Shown: in pieces, positions 1-8,722 of the stretch | Layout of the letters: the number at the start of each line of letters is the position of its first letter | How positions within the stretch are numbered: the first letter of the stretch is position 1 | IMG/VR virus record: IMGVR_UViG_3300033121_000264 | Coordinates: 40,686-104,685 of that record | Strand: one strand, 5' to 3' | DNA: 64,000 nucleotides | From: a virus | Taxonomy: Duplodnaviria > Caudoviricetes | Notes under the pieces: generated by a model | What the model was told of the DNA's origin: nothing | Seen by the model: only the letters and a program-made list of their open reading frames with translations | The model's database searches: none | Made by a program: the position numbers and the translations under genes

Positions 1-1
1 C

Positions 2-460
2 TTAATTGAGGGTTTTGCAAGACAAGACTTATGTAAAGGTGTTTCTTTAAGACTAACTGGAGTTGTTGGTCCAGATATGACTCATGGATTACTTCCAGTA
101 TTGGTTAAGAAAGCAAAGGAAAAAGAAAATCCAATGCAATTGTTAAAAAATACTCGCAAAACATACATTCATATAGATGATGTTGTTAATAATCTAATTA
201 GATATATTGATGGATATAATTGGCAAAATCATCCTAAATATGAAAAATTTACTATGTCGAATAAAGATAGTTTAAGTACAACAGAGTTTGCAAATTTGGT
301 TTACGGTTTTTTCAATCATGGACAAATTCCTGAGCTAAAATATAGTGATGTCAGTTACAATGGGGATATTGATTATAGTAATCCCAAAAACACTATTAAA
401 ACTGATTTAGTTTATTCATCTTCTACGCAAGCAATTTATAAAGCATTGGAGTCTTATTAA
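2..460 (+). CDS. NAD-dependent epimerase/dehydratase (SDR), 5'-truncated by window edge
   Basis: Frame is open from base 2 (LIEGFARQ...SLRLTGVVGP...YIHIDDVV), typical of an extended-SDR C-terminal half; first gene of the sugar cluster. Confidence 0.65.
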   Translation, partial: LIEGFARQDLCKGVSLRLTGVVGPDMTHGLLPVLVKKAKEKENPMQLLKNTRKTYIHIDDVVNNLIRYIDGYNWQNHPKYEKFTMSNKDSLSTTEFANLVYGFFNHGQIPELKYSDVSYNGDIDYSNPKNTIKTDLVYSSSTQAIYKALESY

Positions 461-1431
461 TGAAAATATGTGTTTTAGGTGGACTAGGATATATTGGTAG
501 TGGATTTGGTTCATGGCTACATTTAAAGGGTTATGACGATATTACGATTGTAGATAATCTTTATTTTAAACAAGCCGAAATTATAGAACCAATTTTAAAG
601 GCTACTAAAACTAGATTAGACTACATGCCGGATTTGAAAGAACAAAAAATTACCATCTATAAAGAAGATGTCAGAGAACACCGTAGATGGAATGATTATG
701 ACGTTATTATTAATTTAGCAGCATATGTAGGTGCTCCATTATGCAATAAACTTCCAAAAGAAGAAGTTATCTCGCTAAATCAGACATTTGTTGAAAATCT
801 TACAAAACACTTGTCAAGAGAGCAATTATTAATTTATCCCAACACAAATTCATCATATGGATATTCAACAGAAGATATATGCACAGAAGATAGCCCAAGA
901 CAACCTTTATCGTTATATGCAGAAACTAAAGACAATGCTGAAAAAGCTGTGTTGGATTTTGGGGGCATAGCTTATAGATTAGCAACAGTATGCGGTCCTG
1001 CTCCAAGAATGAGATGGGATTTAATGGTAAATGATTTTTGTCTCAAGGCTTATCGTAATCATCAATTAGATATTTTTGAACCACATTATAAACGCAATTT
1101 CATCAATGTAATGGATATCCATACAGCTTTAGAATTTGCTATTGCGAATCGTGAAGAAATGCAAGGTCAAGTCTATAATCTAGGATTAGATAGTGGTAAT
1201 ACAACCAAAGGCGAATTAGCACAACAAATTTGCAAACATTTTGGAGCAGAATATATAGTATCAGAAGGTAATGACCCAGATAAGAGAAATTATAACGTAT
1301 CAAGTCAAAAACTATATAATTTAGGATATCAACCTATTCATACTCTAGCAGCTACTATTACGATGTTAGATATTATGTTTATTATTATGAAGGGTAAAGA
1401 AATTGATGGTCCTACCACAAGGAATGTTTAA
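460..1431 (+). CDS. NAD-dependent nucleotide-sugar epimerase/dehydratase (extended SDR)
   Basis: GGLGYIG Rossmann motif, NLAA, YAETK (YxxxK), RLATVCG, DKRNY. Confidence 0.9.
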   Translation: MKICVLGGLGYIGSGFGSWLHLKGYDDITIVDNLYFKQAEIIEPILKATKTRLDYMPDLKEQKITIYKEDVREHRRWNDYDVIINLAAYVGAPLCNKLPKEEVISLNQTFVENLTKHLSREQLLIYPNTNSSYGYSTEDICTEDSPRQPLSLYAETKDNAEKAVLDFGGIAYRLATVCGPAPRMRWDLMVNDFCLKAYRNHQLDIFEPHYKRNFINVMDIHTALEFAIANREEMQGQVYNLGLDSGNTTKGELAQQICKHFGAEYIVSEGNDPDKRNYNVSSQKLYNLGYQPIHTLAATITMLDIMFIIMKGKEIDGPTTRNV

Positions 1432-2411
1432 TGGATAAATGGCTAATTACAAAAACCCCAAATAGAATTAGTTTTTTTGGTGGTGGAACAGATTATCCAG
1501 AATTTTATAATGATAATCCATCATTTGTAGTTAGTTCTGCAATTGACAAGTTTTCATATTTAATGATACGTAAATTACCAAAATTTTTTGACTATAAAAG
1601 CCGTTTTGTTTATTCAGAGACAGAAGAAGTAAAATCACACGAAGAAATTAAGCATCGAATTATTAACAAGGTATTAGAGGTTTTAAAGATTAATCATGGA
1701 CTTGAAATCATTCACACATCGACTTTACCGGGAAACAGTGGTGTTGGTAGCAGCAGTAGCTTTACCGTTGGGCTTTTTAATGCAATTTCTAGCATTGAAG
1801 GTGTCCAAACTACTTCAAAAGGTTTGGCCGAAGCAGCAATCCTTTTAGAAAGAGATGTCCTTAAAGATGTTATTGGAATACAAGATGCGTATGCGGCAGC
1901 ATATGGTGGTTTCAATAAAATCTCATTTAGCCGACATGGAATACATGTAAATCCAATTATATGTAGTAATTCATTTATTACAGAACTTGAGGAATCATGT
2001 ATATTATTGTACACTGGAATGAAGCGTGTCTCATCTAATGTAGCCACAGATTGCTTCGTTTTAAGAAATCCAGTAGAAGAACGATTAGCAACTAGACAAA
2101 TAGCAGAAGAAGGATTACAAGCTATTCGTAATGAGAGTATTAGTCAGATAGGAAAACTAATAGATAAGTCTTGGGAAGTAAAAAGAAGTCTATCCAAAAC
2201 AGTATCAAACCCTTTAATAGATGATATTTATAAAAGGGCTAAATATATTGGATGCCACGGAAAGGTGATTGGAGCAGGGGGCGGCGGGTGTATGCTTTTA
2301 ATATTTGATAGGACGTTAAAAAATAAAGTCAAAAACGAGTTTAAAGAGTTCGTAACGATTGATTTCAAACTGCAATTTGAAGGAAGTAAGGTGATGTATG
2401 TTGAAAGGTAA
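1431..2411 (+). CDS. hddA: GHMP-family sugar kinase, D-glycero-D-manno-heptose-7-phosphate kinase-like
   Basis: TPNRISFFGGGTD, PGNSGVGSSSS, GIQD and GAGGGG motifs. Confidence 0.85.
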   Translation: MDKWLITKTPNRISFFGGGTDYPEFYNDNPSFVVSSAIDKFSYLMIRKLPKFFDYKSRFVYSETEEVKSHEEIKHRIINKVLEVLKINHGLEIIHTSTLPGNSGVGSSSSFTVGLFNAISSIEGVQTTSKGLAEAAILLERDVLKDVIGIQDAYAAAYGGFNKISFSRHGIHVNPIICSNSFITELEESCILLYTGMKRVSSNVATDCFVLRNPVEERLATRQIAEEGLQAIRNESISQIGKLIDKSWEVKRSLSKTVSNPLIDDIYKRAKYIGCHGKVIGAGGGGCMLLIFDRTLKNKVKNEFKEFVTIDFKLQFEGSKVMYVER

Positions 2412-3348
2412 GGTTTGGGTAACTGGTGGAAACGGATTCTTTGGGCGACACTTAACTAGAGAATTAGAAAATCAAGGGTATTTTGTTTTATCTGCCCATT
2501 CATCAAAATTGAATCTATTAAATTATGAAGATTGTATTCGTTTTGTATATGATTATAAACCAATTTATATCATTCATGCCGCTGGTTATAATGGTGGAAT
2601 TAAATTTAATTTAGAAAATCCATTTGATATATATGACCAAAATGTAAGAATGGGTAATAACGTAATAAGAATAGCTAATGAATATAAAGTTAAAAAAGTA
2701 GTATCTATTGTAACTAGTTGCGCTTATGGAGAATATACTTATTCGGGCGATGAAATGAATCCGTTTCAACCAAATGACCTATTAAGACCAGAAGACTTTC
2801 TATCTGATAAACCAAATCCAACGGTAGAATGTCATGGATATGCCAAACGTCACTTACAACTCCTAAGCAAGTACGCCCATCAGCAATATGGTTTAAACGC
2901 TGTCACAGCCTGTATAACTACAATGTATGGTCCAGGTGACTCTACGGACCTAAATAGAACTAAAGTAATGATGGCCCTCATTAAACGCTTTGTAGACGCC
3001 AAAAAAGAAAAAGCCGAAAGGGTAACCTGTTGGGGAACTGGAAAGCCACGCCGCCAATTTATTTATGTAAAAGATGCTGCAAAATGCGTTATAAAAGCTT
3101 TGGAAGACTATAATAATAGTAGTGTCCCAGTCAATATTAGCCCATTGGGAGACATAAGACTTTCACAGCTAGTAAGAGAAATTGCATGGGCTGTAGACTA
3201 TAAAGGTGAGATAGCTTGGGACCACACAAAACCTGATGGGCAAATGAAGAAAGAATTGGTTCCACATGAGATGTTTAAAGATTTTGAGTTTACTGGACTT
3301 ACCCAAGGTATTAAGGAAACGATAGAATGGTATCAAAGTTTGGGATAA
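2398..3348 (+). CDS. fcl: GDP-L-fucose synthase-like epimerase/reductase
   Basis: GGNGFFG, AAGYNGGI, TSCAY, YGPGD, WGTGKPRRQFIYV, WDHTKPDG. Confidence 0.8.
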   Translation: MLKGKVWVTGGNGFFGRHLTRELENQGYFVLSAHSSKLNLLNYEDCIRFVYDYKPIYIIHAAGYNGGIKFNLENPFDIYDQNVRMGNNVIRIANEYKVKKVVSIVTSCAYGEYTYSGDEMNPFQPNDLLRPEDFLSDKPNPTVECHGYAKRHLQLLSKYAHQQYGLNAVTACITTMYGPGDSTDLNRTKVMMALIKRFVDAKKEKAERVTCWGTGKPRRQFIYVKDAAKCVIKALEDYNNSSVPVNISPLGDIRLSQLVREIAWAVDYKGEIAWDHTKPDGQMKKELVPHEMFKDFEFTGLTQGIKETIEWYQSLG

Positions 3349-3803
3349 TTCTTAATAACTATGGACAAAACCAGTTAGCATTCGATACGCTACAAACCGC
3401 TAACGAATTCCTTAGAATGGGCAACAAAGTAGATTTGACCCTATTTTATGAAACCCCAGTACCTTTAAGACAATCTCCATTAACTGCCCTAATGAATCTA
3501 TATGAAGCATGGAATTATGATGGAACAGTTGTAGCTACATCAGTTTCCTCGGCTTTTAAGGTTTTAGGGATGCCAATTCCAAACCAAAGATATTTTTATG
3601 TCTATAATCCTGAATGGATTCATAATCATACTATCTATGAAGCATACTATAAACTAGCAAAATCCGACATTGAATTTATTGCTAGAACAAAAGAACACGC
3701 AGATTTGATTATTAACAATTTTAATAAAGTACCGAAATTTATACTAGAACAAATGAATGTGGAGGCATTATGGCAGGCGTTGAACTCCTTCCAACAATCG
3801 TAA
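3327..3803 (+). CDS. hypothetical protein in sugar cluster (possibly glycosyltransferase-related)
   Basis: 158-aa ORF overlapping both neighbours; function suggested by context only. Confidence 0.55.
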   Translation: MVSKFGIILNNYGQNQLAFDTLQTANEFLRMGNKVDLTLFYETPVPLRQSPLTALMNLYEAWNYDGTVVATSVSSAFKVLGMPIPNQRYFYVYNPEWIHNHTIYEAYYKLAKSDIEFIARTKEHADLIINNFNKVPKFILEQMNVEALWQALNSFQQS

Positions 3804-4555
3804 AAGGTTATTTTGAAGAATTTAAGTCTATTAGCACTATTGCAAAAGAATTAAATACTTATCCAAATGATGTGCGACGTATCCTATTAAAAAATGGATA
3901 TACATTACGAGATAAAAGTGAAGCACAATCTATCTCATTAAAAACAGGAACTCATCCACATCCCACAAAAGGTAAGAAAAGAACAGATGAAACTAAGCTA
4001 AAAATTAGCGAAGGACTATCAGCTAACTGGGAAGGTTTAAGTAAAGATAAGAAAGAGGCAAGAGCTAAGGTAAGTAGGGATAATTGGAATGCAATGAGCC
4101 AATCTGACAAAGAAACATTTAGAAAATCAGCATCTAAAGCTATTCTGAAAGCCGCAAAAGAGGGTTCTAAAATTGAACATCTTATTATGGCAAATTTGGT
4201 CGAACGTGGTTATCGTCCGTTATTCCATCATGAAATGATGTTACCAAACGAAAGATTACAAATCGACCTGTTTATTCCTGAGCTAGCAACAGCTATTGAA
4301 ATTGATGGGCCAACTCATTATAAGCCAATTTGGGGCGAAGAAAAACTTCAAAAACAAGTCGCCGCCGATAACGAAAAAAATGGATTACTTCTAAGTATGG
4401 GATTTAATATAATTAGAGTTAAATATACTGTGTCGAAAATTACATTGAAATATAAAAAAGAATTGGAGGAATCTCTTGCTAAAGTATTAAATACATTATC
4501 AGAACAACAGAAAAGCGGAAAAGTTACACCACAAATTGTTTTAATAGGAGCTTAA
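3770..4555 (+). CDS. Vsr/DUF559-like PD-(D/E)XK endonuclease with HTH and NUMOD3-like DNA-binding motifs (homing-endonuclease-like)
   Basis: KGKKRTDETKLKIS (NUMOD3-like); IDLFIPELATAIEIDGPTHY...DNEKNGLLLSMGFNIIRV. Confidence 0.8.
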   Translation: MAGVELLPTIVKGYFEEFKSISTIAKELNTYPNDVRRILLKNGYTLRDKSEAQSISLKTGTHPHPTKGKKRTDETKLKISEGLSANWEGLSKDKKEARAKVSRDNWNAMSQSDKETFRKSASKAILKAAKEGSKIEHLIMANLVERGYRPLFHHEMMLPNERLQIDLFIPELATAIEIDGPTHYKPIWGEEKLQKQVAADNEKNGLLLSMGFNIIRVKYTVSKITLKYKKELEESLAKVLNTLSEQQKSGKVTPQIVLIGA

Positions 4556-4557
4556 TT

Positions 4558-5379
4558 ATGCCAAGAGGCAGACCAAGAAAAGTTGTATCAATTGTGACTC
4601 AAGGAGATAATGTGGAATTATCAGATAATGGACAAACAGATGCAGTTACAGCATTATTAGAAGTAGCAAATTTAGAAGTAAATGATGACCAAGAAAATGA
4701 AGAAGCACAAGAAGAAGCTGTTAAGGCTCCAAATATGTTCTCTCCAGAATGGTCTGATTATGTATTGGCTCAATTACAAGCAGATGAAAAATCTGATGAC
4801 AAACCGACAGTAGAAGGTTTACGTAGAGTATCTCAAGTATTACTTGGGCCTATTGTTGATTCAAGACCAACCCACGTTGTAGGTAACGGCGGACAAACGA
4901 TTGTTGGATATGCTGTTACTTTCTTATGGAATCGTCCAGAAGACCCACGTTTTGGTAGTGAGATTACATTTGGTAGTTGTGCAGATACTACAGAAGATAA
5001 TGCTGGACATCCATTTAATAAATATGGAGCAGCCATGTCTGATACAAGAGCAGAGGGTAGAGCATTGAAAAAAGCATTAGGATTGCGTAGAGTTATGACG
5101 GCAGAAGAAGCTAATCTTGATTTACAGGTTCCATCGAAAGATGCTGCAACATCAGGTCAATTAGCCGCTATTAAGAATTTATGCCGTAAACAAGACATTA
5201 ACGTAAAGAAATTTATTGAAATGTATTGTACCGAAAACGGATTAGATGTGCCGGTAGCAATTGAGCAATTAACAAAAGACGTTGCCGTTCAATTGTGTGC
5301 AGCTCTAAATAATTATAATGTTGATGTTAAGAATAGTGAGTATAAAGTTGTTCCACAAGAAATTAAGGGGTTTGAATAA
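4558..5379 (+). CDS. putative ssDNA-annealing recombination protein with N-terminal AT-hook-like motif
   Basis: PTVEGLRR and AMSDTRAEGRALKKALG resemble RecT/Bet/Rad52-type annealing motifs; begins MPRGRPRK; adjacent to SSB-like gene. Confidence 0.5.
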   Translation: MPRGRPRKVVSIVTQGDNVELSDNGQTDAVTALLEVANLEVNDDQENEEAQEEAVKAPNMFSPEWSDYVLAQLQADEKSDDKPTVEGLRRVSQVLLGPIVDSRPTHVVGNGGQTIVGYAVTFLWNRPEDPRFGSEITFGSCADTTEDNAGHPFNKYGAAMSDTRAEGRALKKALGLRRVMTAEEANLDLQVPSKDAATSGQLAAIKNLCRKQDINVKKFIEMYCTENGLDVPVAIEQLTKDVAVQLCAALNNYNVDVKNSEYKVVPQEIKGFE

Positions 5380-5927
5380 TGTTGAAAGAATTTAGAATTT
5401 ATAAGCCGTTTAAAGACAAGACCACAGGCCAATTTAAAGGGGCCGCATCTAAAATTGAGCTTCGTCGTAAAGATGTTAAGAAAACAGACGCAGAAGGTAA
5501 AGAATATACCATTTATGAATGGATGATGTTCTGGACTGGAACTGTACAAACAGGAGAAGACGCAAAAGGAAATGCTTCTTTCGCGTGGCAAACCAAGGAA
5601 AATCCAGGTAAGCAGGTGTGCCTAAAGTTAGGTGACCCTGATGTGGGCGACCTATTAGCTGTTCTTAATGGTCAAAAACCACAAGTTGGTGGTATGACTG
5701 GTAAGGGTATCTATCACGAAAACGATAAGGGTAATAGCTCTTTAACGTTTAAGTATAGTGATGGTAAGGTTGATGGGGCACAAAAGTATGAACCATCATA
5801 TCGAGTAAGAGTCTCAAGTAAGGTTGGTTCTACTCTAATTGCGGCAGAACATAGTATTACTCTTGGTGAAGCAGAAATTCTTAAAGAGATTCTACTTGGT
5901 TATGTAAGGAAGAAATATCTACAATAG
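5379..5927 (+). CDS. Whirly-like ssDNA-binding protein
   Basis: IYKP..GAA, FAW..KQVCLKLGDPDVGDLL, IYH and ITLGEAEIL follow the order of Whirly-domain motifs. Confidence 0.55.
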   Translation: MLKEFRIYKPFKDKTTGQFKGAASKIELRRKDVKKTDAEGKEYTIYEWMMFWTGTVQTGEDAKGNASFAWQTKENPGKQVCLKLGDPDVGDLLAVLNGQKPQVGGMTGKGIYHENDKGNSSLTFKYSDGKVDGAQKYEPSYRVRVSSKVGSTLIAAEHSITLGEAEILKEILLGYVRKKYLQ

Positions 5928-5931
5928 TAGA

Positions 5932-6375
5932 TTAAGTATCTCCAGGCCATTTCTTAAGGGGACAGTGAAAAGCTGCCCCTTTTGCTTTTAATGCTAGATA
6001 ACAACCACAAAATGTACACCTATTTCCAATGTCATCATACTTATCACAAGAAGAACACACTTCTAGTCTTTTAGCATATTCTTCTTTAGTAACAGTGGTT
6101 GGATTAGCTATGAATGCTCCAAGCGCTTTTAGTGCATTTTTAGCCATAGTTCCATAAGATGGCATTTCTTGTAATTCGTTCTCAATTGGTGGTATGGTGC
6201 GTGGTTTATTTTTTACTTCACGTAACTCTACATTTTGTGGTACATACCCTTCTTGATTATGACAAACTAATACTATTTTATTAGCTGGTGCCTTATGCAT
6301 AAAAATACGTCCACACAACGTACATATATTTTTCTCATCATTATTAACATCTTTAACTAAAGTACAAGCTCTCAT
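5932..6375 (-). CDS. Cys-rich small protein, DUF6171-like C-terminus
   Basis: RLEVCSSC...RCTFCGC...HCPLKKW pattern; last gene of the tail module. Confidence 0.65.
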   Translation of the reverse strand: MRACTLVKDVNNDEKNICTLCGRIFMHKAPANKIVLVCHNQEGYVPQNVELREVKNKPRTIPPIENELQEMPSYGTMAKNALKALGAFIANPTTVTKEEYAKRLEVCSSCDKYDDIGNRCTFCGCYLALKAKGAAFHCPLKKWPGDT

Positions 6376-6387
6376 ATTGTTCCTTTA

Positions 6388-8721
6388 TTAATCTATTGTT
6401 ATACTAACTTCAAATTTTCCCAACCTTGGAGAACTTGGAGTATCAGCACATAAGGGGTGTGGAGTATTGGTATAAGGGGCACTATAACCAGTTGGGTATG
6501 AATAGCAAGATGGACCACAACTAGATATATAGAATTGTGGGTCTATTTCACAACTAGCATTCATCCAACCGCCATAACCCCAATAATACAAATAACTTCC
6601 ATTGCTACCACCAGGATAATGATTATTGTACTCTCCCCAATTATCCTTGTATGGGATACCACTAACTTCACTTACAGAACATTTTGTGCCTGTGGCAGTT
6701 ACACTACAGAAAGATACTCCAGGAGTGATATTAAAATTATAGTTATTTCCATACCAGCCATTGTAAATATTATTGGCCCAGTGGCAATTTGTAGACATAG
6801 CCACACCGGCCTTTATCACAACTTTATGATTTGCTTCAGGGTCAACGCAAGATATTGCACTATTCCAACCGTAATATCCAGAATTTAGGTCGGATGGATT
6901 CATTTCATGATAACCTACTAATGTGGCCTCCATTTCCTGATTAGCATAATATTGAATTGCCGTCTTTGCACGATTAGGAAAAGTACCAGCGTGATGAGTT
7001 GAAGTTACAACGCATGGTATAGTAGTTCCATATTCCTCATAACCTCCTTCTGTACCAATTTCATTACAAGCCCAAGGTACATCATTATTAACCTCAGTTT
7101 CTATTAATGCAGATAAATACCCACAATACCCGCCTACTGATTGGTAAGTAAGGTTACCGTTCATCCAATTATAATATGGCATAGTTTGGTTTTTCAAATT
7201 CACCAATTCAACAACCTGTGGATGCGCAGAACATATGCCTGTATATTCATATTCTTTAGTTTCATGACAACACTTTTCTGACCAGTCTGGAGGTAATTGA
7301 AACTCGCCAACCGCGACCCCGCTAGTAATTATATCTTGCCAACCAGCCATACCAGATTCTATTCTAGTATATGTATTATTAGATATGTCACAACACCACG
7401 GCGTACAATCTACTTCTGGGTTGTATAAGTCCTCCAAAGGAACATTAAGCAAATCAACTGTAGGCCAGCATCCCAATGAAACCCATCCCCACGCACACGG
7501 ACTAGAGCAAAAACACGTTCCATTGATTTCACCTACGAATGCTTGGTATTGTTCGTTAGTAATAAATGTACCGACTTTAGTGCCAATATAAGCTAATAAT
7601 GCTTGACGAGTATTTTGATTGTATTGATTACATTGTGCTACTTCACTTGCAATATTCTTGGCAACAAAGTAAGAAGTTGTTTTGTCTTCAAGTTCTGGAA
7701 AGTGTAGATATACGCTCGGAGCAAATGTTCCGGCGTTTAAACTTAAACAATTACACTCAGCGCATGGACAATGATATTTAATCCCGCTCACTTGACCAGT
7801 AAGACCATTATAATCAAAACATTGACCTTTAGCGTCTTTTTGGGTTGAACGAAAACCAAAATATACATCTTTAATAAAAATATTATCTTCTCCTTGTAAA
7901 ATTTGGAAAGAGAAGTCTTTTGTGGTAGACGGCATTTCCCACCCTAATAATTGAGCACCAAGATGCGTATACAGTTGTGAATTTGCTGTTAGACGATAAG
8001 TACCTCCTTGGATTATAGATGGTTTATCTGCTTGTGTATGACATTGTTTGAATTTCCATTTTTCATCATTATCTTCGCCAGCGTATGCTTCTGGTGGAGT
8101 GTATGGCGGTGAATATATGCCATTTTCATAAGACCAATATGGAGGAATATTTGAAATATCGTACAAAACACTATCACCCTGGGCCAAAAATAATTGACTA
8201 ATACTTAAACCGCTAGCCTCTCTTACATCGTCGTTAGCAAAACCAAGTAAAAATTCTGCTGCCCAATTACCATCCTGGGGTACACCATATGAATGTGGCA
8301 TTTCTATGATGGTTTCATATAGATTAATAGAGTTTGTAATCTGAATAGCTAGATAGTTATATGTACTAGGGTCTGGTGGTATTGCTCCTTCTATATATTC
8401 TGTATATTCAACAACGGTAGCAGTAATATAATCATTATGAAAGTGTAATCTAATAGCGTCCCCTTCTTGAACGCCAGAAAACATCACGTTGGCATATAGT
8501 TCTAAAGAGCGCCCCTTGCTACTGAGTGTAATTTTCTCATTTGGCACATGACAAGCAAGTAATGCTGGGTCTTCATCATCTGTGCCCTCAACAGGTTTAA
8601 GATACCACGTATTACTATTAAAATCATACGAGTCTAACGACGTATTCATTAAAAAGGATGTATTTTCGTGAATTTTGCAACCGCCGCAACAGCCGCAACC
8701 ACCGCCAAATTTAAAAGCCAT
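6388..8721 (-). CDS. Cys/Tyr/Gly-rich putative tail-tip or receptor-binding protein
   Basis: 777 aa, N-terminal GGGCGCCGGC, many Cys; distal position in tail module. Confidence 0.55.
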   Translation of the reverse strand: MAFKFGGGCGCCGGCKIHENTSFLMNTSLDSYDFNSNTWYLKPVEGTDDEDPALLACHVPNEKITLSSKGRSLELYANVMFSGVQEGDAIRLHFHNDYITATVVEYTEYIEGAIPPDPSTYNYLAIQITNSINLYETIIEMPHSYGVPQDGNWAAEFLLGFANDDVREASGLSISQLFLAQGDSVLYDISNIPPYWSYENGIYSPPYTPPEAYAGEDNDEKWKFKQCHTQADKPSIIQGGTYRLTANSQLYTHLGAQLLGWEMPSTTKDFSFQILQGEDNIFIKDVYFGFRSTQKDAKGQCFDYNGLTGQVSGIKYHCPCAECNCLSLNAGTFAPSVYLHFPELEDKTTSYFVAKNIASEVAQCNQYNQNTRQALLAYIGTKVGTFITNEQYQAFVGEINGTCFCSSPCAWGWVSLGCWPTVDLLNVPLEDLYNPEVDCTPWCCDISNNTYTRIESGMAGWQDIITSGVAVGEFQLPPDWSEKCCHETKEYEYTGICSAHPQVVELVNLKNQTMPYYNWMNGNLTYQSVGGYCGYLSALIETEVNNDVPWACNEIGTEGGYEEYGTTIPCVVTSTHHAGTFPNRAKTAIQYYANQEMEATLVGYHEMNPSDLNSGYYGWNSAISCVDPEANHKVVIKAGVAMSTNCHWANNIYNGWYGNNYNFNITPGVSFCSVTATGTKCSVSEVSGIPYKDNWGEYNNHYPGGSNGSYLYYWGYGGWMNASCEIDPQFYISSCGPSCYSYPTGYSAPYTNTPHPLCADTPSSPRLGKFEVSITID

Positions 8722-8722
8722 A

